DNA of 64,000 nt, taken from the IMG/VR virus record IMGVR_UViG_3300025011_000016, one strand, 5' to 3'. Positions 20,024 to 29,835 of the stretch are shown here, one piece after another (position 1 is the stretch's first letter; every line of letters starts with the position of its first letter). The notes under the pieces were generated by a model. The model had not been told where the DNA came from and ran no database searches. It saw nothing but the letters and a program-made list of their open reading frames with translations. The position numbers and the translations under genes were made by a program. The DNA is from a virus (Duplodnaviria > Caudoviricetes).

Positions 20024-23000
20024 ATCATTTTCGAAACGTGTCATCATATATAGTGTATGAACACCCTCATTGGTTGTCTTTCTCATATTACTACCAGCGA
20101 TATTTAGAATATGAGCTTTAGATGTCATAATTTCAATAGCTTCTTTATTAGCTTCTTGACTAAATAAACCCTTTACTGTAACCTGATCCAAAATATTCAT
20201 ATAGATATTTAATCCATACAGTTCTCTTATGAACTTCCCTATATTAATATAGGATATTAGACTATCTCTTCAATAGAATAAATCTATTGTTTTCCCATTT
20301 CGATATATAACTATATCTACGAATTACTTCTAGTCGTTGAACCTTTCTCTTATATAAGAGACTTGGCTGCGGATTGTCCAATCTTCCATTAAAGAAGCTA
20401 TAAGGAGTTTCCCGACAGTTAAGGAAAATACGGCAATACAATGACCGTCGTACATGTAAACTCCATATTTTCATATGGCATGGACTATATCTTCACCGTA
20501 TAATAATAAATTATTAATTAGGTGTCCTGCACTTCCCAACTAACCCACAAATTAGTCAGTACACTACTAACTACTATATAATTATATGATAGTAATTTTC
20601 GTTAGTCTCTACATCTTCTCTAATTAATTTACATATTTTCACATATTGTAATTTTAACATGGGGGTTTTTATTTTGGGTGTATCATTTAGTTTAGACTCT
20701 ATTTTAATCAATATTTCATTACGGGAATTTTTATCACAATAGAATACAAAATATCCTTGAATAATACGTCCAAATCGAACCGCATGAGTTACAGAACTTT
20801 TATTACTATCTATTGAATCAGCAAATGACTTCGCTCCTTGGAATATATGAAATAACCCATCTTTAAATGCAATTATAGGTTTAGATTTATCTCGTTTAGT
20901 TTGTTCAGAATGTCTAAATAATTTTGTACTTTCACTCATCTTATATTTAGACTCACTATTCATAGTTCCACCGACCCCACCTGTTTTCTTATTATATCCA
21001 ATATTAGGATCATTTGCTTTTAAAGTTGATATCCAATATACCTCTTTTTCGTTCATTTCATTTTTAGAGGTGCATGTGTCTATTATACTGCAATCAAAAT
21101 TATTAAATCCATATTCATTAACTATTTTTATAATATGATATAAATTCGATTTCCTATTAAGCTTTTTATACTTATAATCCTTAAGTCGTGAATGTAGATT
21201 TATTGTCTGACCAATATAAATTTTACCATCTATATTATTTCTCAACATATATATTACACCAAAATGTTTTTTCGATTCAATTATTAGATCATCATTATAC
21301 ATAATAACCCCCCTTATTATATATAAGTTAGTATAAAAGTATTTTTTTACAATATATGAATTTCGTAAATCAATTAAAGCTTGACACGGTATTTCCAGCT
21401 ATCCATATTTCAGGACCTTAGGTTCTCTTACGAAGCTTATTCGTCAATGCTTATTTCACTTCTACCGTTAGCATGAGTATTGTGATACCCATACACCGCC
21501 TGTTAAGCGTTCACAGGATTTTTAACTAAGCTATTTCTAGCAAAGGGAGACAACAACTTTTATCTCCGTTTAAACCAGGTAGATATAAATTTGACATACT
21601 CACAGTATCTGCAAATAGAGTGGATATTTCTTCTTTAGGTAAACTAAGATCGATCCTAGGATAATTCGTATAGACTCTATTTCCAATAAACATCGGTATA
21701 GTTTGGTGGGTACTTAGGACTGATATTTTGTTAGGAAAGCTACTGAAATAATCTGAAATAGGATATCTCGTAACGAATACCATTTTATCTGATGTAACAT
21801 CAACTGCCGCTTGATATAAAATATCACACCAAGTTGCCTTCCTTTGTACTAAGGGAGATTCAGTTTCAGGAACCCCTGGTTTATAATCTTTTCCTATAAA
21901 TCGCATATATAATTTCTTCCCATCAGATCTAGGTTCCTCGACGGGAAGTTCAATTGGTGTAAATCTATCGGATACACTAAATATGAATCTATCAATTTGT
22001 TTTTTAAGATATTCTTCGTTGAAATATAATGAGGGATCTTTTAATTTCACATATCCCATGGAACCGTCCGGATTTCTTACAGGATACTTATTACCAACCT
22101 TCTCTAATTCTCTATGGAAGAAATTTTTAACCCAATTTATTATAAATGGTGTAAATAATGAACATGTTTGTGCAAGAGGAATACCAACATGATAAAAATC
22201 TATTTGCATCTCAGATGGTTTATTTGCTTTGAATATAGGTGCAGAAATTCGTTTATTCATATAGAATATAACTCTATACAGTTCTCTCATGAACTTCCCT
22301 AATTTTCATTAGGATACTAGACTATATCTTCAGGAAATTAAGAATTCCTGAACTCCCATTTCAATACAATAATGTATCTAACTCACGGTAAATTAATATA
22401 ACCATATTTCCGTGTGATAGTCGTTGAACCTTATTCTATTAGATAGAATCTTGGCTGCGGATTGTCCAAACTTAAACATTGTTACTTTAAGTGGTTTAAG
22501 TTCTAAGGAGATTCCCGACAATTAAGGAGCTACGTGCAGTAAATCCACACTCCTCGATCCGAAATCAACCGATTTACCCATTAAATTTTTTCTAATTAAT
22601 CCATTCTTCTTTTCTATTCTACCTTTGAGCAAATCATAAATTTCTACTAAGACTTCCTGAACCTTAGCCCTAGTTCCATTAAGTACAAAATCAAAATTAT
22701 TGGAGTTCCTCAACACAGTTGCGAATCTTAATAATTTAGCGTACTTATCATTGATCTCATGATGACTAATCTTACCCTGTGTTGCTGATTGTAAATTAAC
22801 ATCACGATAGAATGCTGGCACTACAATCCAGTACTCAGTAAATAAAGTATCTTTATCATACGATCTCAGCAAGTCAATTCTTTCACTACGTATAGAACTG
22901 GCATTCTTTTCAAAGTTTATTTTTTCCCAATTTTTATATAAGAATTCTAATCCAGTCTCACCAGATTCCTCAGCTTCAACCAATTGTCCATTTTTATCTA

Positions 23001-23271
23001 TTATAAAATTCTTTGATCCATATACAATAGATTGAAAATTTCTATTCATACGTTTTAATAACTTATAAACAAATGGGTGTAAGAAGTGCCCATTTAGTTT
23101 AATATAAGCATAAGTTTCTCGTCGTTCATTAACAGATACACCGAATATATTTGTAGATAGTAAACCACCAGATGTTGGTATACTACCTTTTTCAAATATT
23201 ATGATTTCAGTGATTTCTTGTAATGAATTAACTTGAATAAACTTCTTAATTGGTATTAAATCAATCTTCAT
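20021..23271 (-). CDS. rpoC: Multisubunit RNAP beta'-like subunit containing the catalytic motif; exons 23271-22547, 22249-21562, 20452-20444, 20188-20021 (529 aa)
   Basis: GKSVDFGSRSV-ISAP (= GKRVDYSGRSVI), TRYP, and spliced GLNGD-YDG-DQ (= NADFDGD); exon lengths sum to 1590 nt. Confidence 0.9.
20189..20443 (-). ncRNA. Group I intron (ORF-less)
   Basis: P1 ACGGU/GCCGU; core CAATCCGCAGCC, GTTCAACGACTAGA, AAGAGATAGTC; terminal G. Confidence 0.9.
20453..21561 (-). ncRNA. Group I intron with GIY-YIG endonuclease ORF
   Basis: P1 GGAGAU/GUCUCC; R element TGTAGAGACTAACG, S element AAGATATAGTCC; terminal G; P10 ACGAC/GUUGU. Confidence 0.9.
20574..21302 (-). CDS. Intron-encoded GIY-YIG homing endonuclease
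   Basis: GVIY..RNNIDGKIYIGQT; GYN; NUMOD-like HSEQTKRDKS. Confidence 0.9.
   Translation of the reverse strand: MYNDDLIIESKKHFGVIYMLRNNIDGKIYIGQTINLHSRLKDYKYKKLNRKSNLYHIIKIVNEYGFNNFDCSIIDTCTSKNEMNEKEVYWISTLKANDPNIGYNKKTGGVGGTMNSESKYKMSESTKLFRHSEQTKRDKSKPIIAFKDGLFHIFQGAKSFADSIDSNKSSVTHAVRFGRIIQGYFVFYCDKNSRNEILIKIESKLNDTPKIKTPMLKLQYVKICKLIREDVETNENYYHIII
22250..22546 (-). ncRNA. Group I intron (ORF-less)
   Basis: P1 GUGU/GCAC; core GTCGGGAA, ACAATCCGCAGCC, GTTCAACGACTA, AAGATATAGTC; restores RSV-ISAP. Confidence 0.88.
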
Positions 23272-23641
23272 ATATTTCTTGCTCCTCGGAAATATTTTTA
23301 TTCATTATAGAAATATCTATTTTGTTTGAACTCTTAATGACATCTAGAGTAAAATATTTAGCGTGAATGTAAGTATTAGAACCCAATTCTGTTTTTAATG
23401 TCTTATTGAAATTATTTAATAATGGTTTTGTTTTAAAATGTATATATATTAGAAGTTTATCAGTCTGTTCATTACAGATTATCTTCTCTACATTTTTTAA
23501 ACATAGATTTCTTATTAATGAATAAAAGAATTTAAATTTCTCATAATGATAATTCAAGATGTTTTCAAATAGAGAACAGTCTGACAATTCAGACTTTGTT
23601 AATTGATTGAATATAATGATCATATCGTTTTCCATTCTCAC
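23261..23641 (-). CDS. Hypothetical protein
   Basis: AGGGGGAG RBS; overlaps the RNAP start. Confidence 0.6.
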   Translation of the reverse strand: MRMENDMIIIFNQLTKSELSDCSLFENILNYHYEKFKFFYSLIRNLCLKNVEKIICNEQTDKLLIYIHFKTKPLLNNFNKTLKTELGSNTYIHAKYFTLDVIKSSNKIDISIMNKNISEEQEIYED

Positions 23642-23682
23642 TCCCCCTTACTTTTTTACTACCAACAGGCTGGGGATCTATA

Positions 23683-23877
23683 TTACTTTCGCAATATAGA
23701 TTGTCTGGCTTGTTCACTCTTCATCCTTTCTGCTTCTTTCTTTCGTTCCTCTTCTATTTCTTCCCGTTCTCGTTTAAGACGCTCTATTCTAGTTTCCCTC
23801 ATAATAAGGGCCTCTCGATACGATAATTTATATTTAAAATCATCCATATCAAGCTGCCCTTTATAAAGTTCAAGCAT
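23683..23877 (-). CDS. Small charged coiled-coil protein
   Basis: 64 aa E/R/K-rich ORF directly after the baseplate-hub-like gene. Confidence 0.55.
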   Translation of the reverse strand: MLELYKGQLDMDDFKYKLSYREALIMRETRIERLKREREEIEEERKKEAERMKSEQARQSILRK

Positions 23878-23903
23878 CTCATCCAGAAAGGCATAGAATT
23901 GTT

Positions 23904-25436
23904 TTATTCGACTTTTGTACTCATTGCCTGTTGATATTTGTAAAAAAGTATGGCTTCTAAATCCATTGGTAAGGATTGAGTGTGATATTTACAATTAGGA
24001 CATTGAACATTCATTAAACCGAATTCGAAACTCAATCCTTCTAGGATAGAATCTCCTTGTTTTGTCAAGATGATAATATCATTGTCAGTAAGGGAATAAA
24101 TCACTTTGGCAATTTCGAATGCCCCTTCAATCTCATAATATTCCTCTTCATTATCTGGATCGGGTATAAACATCTTATTTACGACAGATGATAAAACAGA
24201 GGCTTGATTATATTTAACCTCTTTATTTTCTGATAATTCCTTGATAGATTTATTAATAAAGTCATATGCCGACTGTACGAACACATCTACTATAATACCA
24301 CTTACTGGTAATTTAATAGTTTTCGTATTACTAACCGGAGCTTCTGCATAATGTGATTTGGCGCTTTCAACTGAATGTGATGCATCAATTGTGCTGGAAA
24401 CTGTGTGCTTCATAGCTTCAGTCATTTTCTCAGCCCGGATTAATGATTTTACCGAATAAAGATGACTGAATTCTGTAGGACATTTTTCACACTTCAATGT
24501 GATTTTATCATCATCTGGATAAGTTGCACATAGTAAACCATATAAGAATATGTTATAATCAATGGCCGCAGTATGGTGGAGGAAATCATTGTATTCCATC
24601 TTACCAATACTGGTATCTTCTATTTTAGAATGGATCAATGACCATTTCTTTTCAGTATCTAACAATGCATTTTGAGAATCGTTCATTAACGCCATTACTT
24701 CATACGTTGAACATCCTCGTATCGTGGCCGTATAACCGGATGCTAATAATACTATAGGGGTTGAATGTATATTAGAATGTCTTTTGATAAGAGTTTCAAG
24801 ACCGTCTTTTTTCTTAATCTTTTTACTCTTAATAGTTTTCAGACTTATCGTTTCAACTTCTTCAAGTATGATCTTTTTAGCCCGTTCAAGTTTATCTCTT
24901 TCAGCATCTGTGAAATTAATTACATTACCCATTCCGGTTTTATCAATAATAACTACTGCTTCATTATAAGTGCGATCAAATTCATCTTGTGTCATTTCAT
25001 CCGACTCTTCGTCATCATCTAATTTCTTCTGTTTAGCTTCCTCTTCCTTTTTGGCTATAATCTCGGCTGTATCTTTATCATATTCCTGCATATATTCACC
25101 AATACTATCCATCACATCGTATGATAAGCCAGGAGGTGCTGGTGCTTTTTGCACTTGCTGATCCAATTCATTCGTGTTAATAACAAGACCTGGACCATCA
25201 TATGATTCTTGGTTTTTATCAGATAAACTTACCCCATCATTAGGCAGTTGTGGGATATCAGTATTAACAACTACTGGTTGGTGTATTTTAATACCTGAAG
25301 CCCAATCACTTCCAATGGATACTGTAAGATCCTCATCAGTATCAGTTGGTTTAGTTATCTGAGTTGCAGTTTTTTTTAGCTGGCTTAAATCCATCCCAGT
25401 ATCTCTTAATACATTTTCGTCATCCATACCACTCAA
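23904..25436 (-). CDS. Baseplate hub assembly protein-like (T4 gp26/gp51-like)
   Basis: CEKC and CPNC Zn motifs with an acidic N-terminus; adjacent to a gp25-like gene. Confidence 0.5.
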   Translation of the reverse strand: MSGMDDENVLRDTGMDLSQLKKTATQITKPTDTDEDLTVSIGSDWASGIKIHQPVVVNTDIPQLPNDGVSLSDKNQESYDGPGLVINTNELDQQVQKAPAPPGLSYDVMDSIGEYMQEYDKDTAEIIAKKEEEAKQKKLDDDEESDEMTQDEFDRTYNEAVVIIDKTGMGNVINFTDAERDKLERAKKIILEEVETISLKTIKSKKIKKKDGLETLIKRHSNIHSTPIVLLASGYTATIRGCSTYEVMALMNDSQNALLDTEKKWSLIHSKIEDTSIGKMEYNDFLHHTAAIDYNIFLYGLLCATYPDDDKITLKCEKCPTEFSHLYSVKSLIRAEKMTEAMKHTVSSTIDASHSVESAKSHYAEAPVSNTKTIKLPVSGIIVDVFVQSAYDFINKSIKELSENKEVKYNQASVLSSVVNKMFIPDPDNEEEYYEIEGAFEIAKVIYSLTDNDIIILTKQGDSILEGLSFEFGLMNVQCPNCKYHTQSLPMDLEAILFYKYQQAMSTKVE

Positions 25437-25456
25437 TTTAAATCCCCCTTATTATT

Positions 25457-25906
25457 TTAATTCGCGGTATTATCAAATTGATAATTAAACAATGTTTCAC
25501 CCGCAGAATTTTTACCAAAACCGAAAAGAACATCAGTTGTAACACCATCAATGATTATAGGAATTACAATGATTAAGACAGATTTCTCATTATAAGATGC
25601 AACAAAAGCTTTTACTTCACCCAGATTTAAATATGGAACTAAAGCATTACATTGATTATATATTTTTTCTTTTAGTTCTTCGGCATCGATTTGTTCTTCA
25701 AACTTATATAGATATGATCTGATATTAATACCAATCCATGGTAAACTTGGAATATTTCCAGGACGTAAAAAGAATAAGTTTAATAAAACCTGAACTATAG
25801 AATCTTTACTACTTAAAACTTTTTGTTGTTGAAAATTATCTAGACCAAAAACAATTTCCGATCCGAAACCTGCCAATATAAAATCACCTCCTCTGAGCAT
25901 ATACAA
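25457..25906 (-). CDS. Baseplate wedge / gp25-like protein (likely TTG start at 25876)
   Basis: LLNLFFLRPGNIPSLPWIGINIRSYLY resembles the gp25 family; AGGAGGTG RBS. Confidence 0.55.
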   Translation of the reverse strand: MYMLRGGDFILAGFGSEIVFGLDNFQQQKVLSSKDSIVQVLLNLFFLRPGNIPSLPWIGINIRSYLYKFEEQIDAEELKEKIYNQCNALVPYLNLGEVKAFVASYNEKSVLIIVIPIIIDGVTTDVLFGFGKNSAGETLFNYQFDNTAN

Positions 25907-25994
25907 ATACTGTATTATTTATTAATATGTATTCGAAATTAGATAGAATTAAGGATTAAGCTTATTAATACAAAAAAAATAGCCTTAGCTATTT

Positions 25995-26705
25995 TTATGC
26001 GATATTAATCTCATCACTCATAATAACTTCATTATATTTATTCTTACCACCTAATTCACTTATCTGAGTATCATAGTATTCATTTAATTCTTTCATATAT
26101 TTATGTATATATCCACTCATTTCAATTTCATCGATAATATTAATACCTTGCTGTATTATCACACAAACTGATAATGGTAATACAGTTGCACCAGTAAACC
26201 ATAATACACCTGAAGAAAATCCCGTTCCGGCAATACTTGATAATGTAGTAAATATACCTTTCCGTGATGATAAGTAAGTAACATCTTCAACATGCTTAGC
26301 ATCCATTATTATGGTTTCTACTCTAGATTCAATACCATTTATTAAACCCATAAGTGGATTGAGAAACATAAAGATGAACATCATTAAAAATAAATATTTA
26401 AACCCAGTTGTTAATACGATTGACAGGTATATTAGATTAAGTACAACTAAACAATATTTCATTTTAGTATAATATGGAAGAATTCTTTTCTGCCATTCAA
26501 GAGAACGGGTTCGACTATTGGTTAAATATGTTGTCCATATTAAAGATACTCCTTGTGAAGACATTTGAATTAATTGAAATAGAATAAGGCCTGTTATGAT
26601 ATTATCGAATATTAATTTAGCTATAGACATTGATACAAAAGCATTAAAGAATATTTGTAGACATTGTAGGGAAGTTCTCCGTTTAAAGAATTCTTTTTTA
26701 GTCAT
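25995..26705 (-). CDS. Multi-pass membrane protein
   Basis: About 5-6 hydrophobic segments; TATATATTAT motif upstream. Confidence 0.7.
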   Translation of the reverse strand: MTKKEFFKRRTSLQCLQIFFNAFVSMSIAKLIFDNIITGLILFQLIQMSSQGVSLIWTTYLTNSRTRSLEWQKRILPYYTKMKYCLVVLNLIYLSIVLTTGFKYLFLMMFIFMFLNPLMGLINGIESRVETIIMDAKHVEDVTYLSSRKGIFTTLSSIAGTGFSSGVLWFTGATVLPLSVCVIIQQGINIIDEIEMSGYIHKYMKELNEYYDTQISELGGKNKYNEVIMSDEINIA

Positions 26706-26799
26706 TTTAACTACCTCTTTCTATTAATCTATGAGTATAATATATAGTTAAATACATTGAGTATACGATTCCCATAAATGTAGAAAACAAATACTTAAT

Positions 26800-27630
26800 A
26801 TGAAATCTAAGGATGGTGGATTTTTAATGAGTATAAAATGTCCTATCTGTAATGGTAAATTTAATGAATTGGAAGATGTCTATAGTCATATTGATGAGGA
26901 ACATAATGAATCTATACCTAAAAATTATATACCACAACAATATTATTATGCATTGAAAACTGGTAGAGAACATGGTGATTGTATAATATGTAAAAACTCA
27001 ACTAGATGGAATCCGATAACTGGTAAATATAATAGGTTTTGTGATGTGCCTGAGCGTAAATGTAAAATTAAATATCGAGATATATTTAAACAAAGAATGA
27101 TCGGTAAATACGGTAAGATTCATTTATTAAATAGTCCAGATCAACAAAAAAAAATGTTAGCCAATAGGAGTATATCAGGTGAGTATATTTGGACCGATAA
27201 TACAAAAATGATATATACTGGTACTTATGAATTAGACTTTTTAAAGTTACTTGATATATTGATGGAGTGGGATTCAAACGATATTATGAGCCCAAGTCCT
27301 CACCAATATTATTATGAATATGAAGGACAAACGAAATTTTATTTTCCGGATGTATTTATACCATCACTTAATCTTGAGATTGAAATAAAATCGGGTGAGG
27401 GTAACAGAAACGCCCACCCGAAGATTAAAGCTGTGGATGATGTCAAGGAGAAACTAAAAGATGAAATTCTTATGAGCCAAAAAGAATTTAGTTATATTAA
27501 AATACTCAATAAGAATTATGAGCCTTTCTTTGAATTTCTTATGAAAAGTAAACAGAACTTTATTGAATCCAAAGATGGTGAAGTATCTAAACCTATATTT
27601 ATAGTCAGGGAATCGATTGAGGTAAATTGA
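26800..27630 (+). CDS. Zn-finger + PD-(D/E)xK nuclease-like protein
   Basis: CPIC..H..EEH (C2H2), CIIC; YFPDVFIPSLNLEIEIK. Confidence 0.65.
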   Translation: MKSKDGGFLMSIKCPICNGKFNELEDVYSHIDEEHNESIPKNYIPQQYYYALKTGREHGDCIICKNSTRWNPITGKYNRFCDVPERKCKIKYRDIFKQRMIGKYGKIHLLNSPDQQKKMLANRSISGEYIWTDNTKMIYTGTYELDFLKLLDILMEWDSNDIMSPSPHQYYYEYEGQTKFYFPDVFIPSLNLEIEIKSGEGNRNAHPKIKAVDDVKEKLKDEILMSQKEFSYIKILNKNYEPFFEFLMKSKQNFIESKDGEVSKPIFIVRESIEVN

Positions 27631-27759
27631 TGATTTATACTAAAGAAAAAGTAGATGCTATTGTTAGACAAATAACTCCCGATTTATAAAAAAAAATAAA
27701 TATTAGAGAATGAATAATATGGAATTAATTCCATATTATTCATTCTCTTAAGTAAAGGT

Positions 27760-28206
27760 TTATTCAACTATACCATAATGCCGCATGTATTTATCCCATA
27801 AGGCATTAACGTCTTTTGCAACATGATCATCAATTTTAAAACATTTACCAACATATGCTAATATGGTATTTAGATTACTTATACCAGACTCATCAAATTC
27901 TATGGAACAATCTTCATAGTTTATGAGGTTCTGATAACTGTATTTAGATTCCACCTGAACTGGATTTGCATTGATAACGAAGTCACATTTACCATTTATG
28001 TCATTCAGCCAGTTACTCTCAATGAAGAAGTGAACCTTCTTGATTTGCAACATACGCTGTAATCTACCTAATATTCCCATAACTGCGATTTTTGAAATAT
28101 GTTCATATGAATAACAAACCGGAATAGTTTCTACGATTTCATTTCTGTTACCTAATTGTCTAGCTACGTTCTTGTAATAGGATAATTCTTTAAAATTGAT
28201 TTTCAT
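27760..28206 (-). CDS. Hypothetical protein
   Basis: GAGGAG RBS before MKINFK; TATATATTAT motif upstream. Confidence 0.6.
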   Translation of the reverse strand: MKINFKELSYYKNVARQLGNRNEIVETIPVCYSYEHISKIAVMGILGRLQRMLQIKKVHFFIESNWLNDINGKCDFVINANPVQVESKYSYQNLINYEDCSIEFDESGISNLNTILAYVGKCFKIDDHVAKDVNALWDKYMRHYGIVE

Positions 28207-28283
28207 CTGTGGGCCACACTCCTCTTTATTTTTATATCTAACTAATCGTATAATATATAGATGAAAATGAACATGATTATCTG

Positions 28284-28466
28284 TTAAAGAGTTCGTAACC
28301 TGACACCTAATGCAACTTGCCAAAACGTTAGCGATAATAATATATAATACTCTCTATATGTCCCAAAACTTTCACTAGATAAATGTATTCCCAATGCAAA
28401 GCTTTTAAATCTCCAGTTATTCATAAAACTACATACTATCGGAGAAACCTCATAATCATCATTCAT
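28284..28466 (-). CDS. Small hypothetical protein
   Basis: ATGA overlap with the upstream stop; GAAAGAGG RBS. Confidence 0.45.
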   Translation of the reverse strand: MNDDYEVSPIVCSFMNNWRFKSFALGIHLSSESFGTYREYYILLSLTFWQVALGVRLRTL

Positions 28467-28845
28467 ACAATAACCTCTTTCTTTTAAATCTTTTAATTTC
28501 ACTTCGTAATGTAATAATATTCTTTTCATTTAAATAATTGAATTCTTTCATATCCATCAAAACATTTTCTAAATCATCAATATATAATACATTATATGCA
28601 ATTAGTTTATCTATTAAATAAGAAGATATTACTAATTCATATATACTACCAGATATAAATTTATGTAAATCATCATTTGTGTTTAATCGCTTAGATGTTT
28701 TTGCTTTTGAAATCATACGTTTAATAATACATCCAATTTGAATTTTAGTTATATTAAATTCAGCAGAAATATTTTCCTTAGACTCACCTAAACTATATTT
28801 TTTAAATATTTGTAAATTTCGCCCATATAAATTATCACGTGACAT
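28459..28845 (-). CDS. HTH + RNAP alpha-CTD-like protein (paralogue 2)
   Basis: N-terminal RNLQIFKKYSLGESKENISAEFNIT HTH; C-terminal SIYELVISSYLIDKLIAYNVLYIDDL. Confidence 0.6.
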   Translation of the reverse strand: MSRDNLYGRNLQIFKKYSLGESKENISAEFNITKIQIGCIIKRMISKAKTSKRLNTNDDLHKFISGSIYELVISSYLIDKLIAYNVLYIDDLENVLMDMKEFNYLNEKNIITLRSEIKRFKRKRLLYE

Positions 28846-29221
28846 TTCTTAAACCTAAATTGTTCTTATATACTTCTAAACTACCCTTAATATTAATAAT
28901 GATATTTTTACTTAGATATTGATCGTTCTCGATATCAGGTAATTTACTTTCAAGATCATCAATAGTATATATACCTAGTCTGAATAATTTATTTACAGTT
29001 AAAGTAGATAAATTTAAATCTTGAATTGTTGATTTTAAGAAATTTGGCCCAGTTCCTTTTTTGTCTAGACTCTTATCTAATTTCACCCAAGTCATTTGTC
29101 TAACTATTTCATTGATCCTACAATGTGAAAGATTGAATGCTTCACATAACTCAATAACAGATTCTCCGGCGTTATACCTATCGATAATTTTTTTATTACG
29201 ATTTTTAAGTTTTGTTGACAT
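28835..29221 (-). CDS. HTH + RNAP alpha-CTD-like protein (paralogue 1)
   Basis: Mor-like HTH RNKKIIDRYNAGESVIELCEAFNLS; LKSTIQDLNLSTLTVNKLFRLGIYTIDDL aligns with the alphaCTD pattern ([23 protein letters not shown]). Confidence 0.7.
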   Translation of the reverse strand: MSTKLKNRNKKIIDRYNAGESVIELCEAFNLSHCRINEIVRQMTWVKLDKSLDKKGTGPNFLKSTIQDLNLSTLTVNKLFRLGIYTIDDLESKLPDIENDQYLSKNIIINIKGSLEVYKNNLGLRNVT

Positions 29222-29335
29222 TTTAACTCCTCCTAATTATTTATTCCAATCATATAATATATAGTTGAAACGTAACTTTAATTAAGTGTTATTACATTAA
29301 TAACACTTAATTAAAGTGGAGGTGAAATATTATTA

Positions 29336-29756
29336 ATGTATAAATCATTTAAATTTCGTATATATCCTAATAATGAAACAAAGTAATATTATTGATAAAA
29401 TAATGGGGTGTACTCGATTCGTATATAATTATTTTCTTAATTTAAAAATTGAATATTATGAGATTAATAAAACCACTTTTACTTATAATATGTGTAGTAA
29501 AGAATTAACAGCATTAAAGAAAATTAATCCATGGTTGAAAGAAGCTGACTCTGTGTCCCTTCAACAATCAATAAGAGATTTAGATAATGCTTATCAAAAA
29601 TTCTTTAAAGAGAAAACAAATTTTCCAAAATTTAAGAGTAAGAAGAGGCCAAAACAAAGTTATCGAACTAATGCTAATAAGAATAGAAGTATTCTTATAA
29701 AAGATAATACAATACGTTTACCCAAACTTGGTTGGATACGATTTTGTAAAAGTTAA
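29336..29756 (+). pseudogene. tnpB: Frameshifted, truncated tnpB (second IS605 lineage)
   Basis: MYKSFKFRIYPNNE, then +1 A, then QSNIIDKIMGCTRFVYN...PKFKSKK...LPKLGWI; ends before RuvC. Confidence 0.85.
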
Positions 29757-29835
29757 TTTACGGGATCATACAAAATCTATTAAAAGCATGTTATCGAACA
29801 ATGTATTAAAATAAATATATGATAGGGGTTGTTAT

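Noticed and set aside
21526-22290. Stand-alone 254-aa ORF (and ORF 10013-10630)
   Set aside because: Their termini lie in intron sequence; they are exons
22524-22554. Alternative 5' splice site (AGGAGU pairing with GCUCCU) for the 22546 intron
   Set aside because: It does not restore the conserved RSVI motif or frame at a terminal G; the GUGU/GCAC site does
29373-29756. 127-aa ORF as an intact gene
   Set aside because: It is the out-of-frame remainder of a tnpB pseudogene starting at 29336
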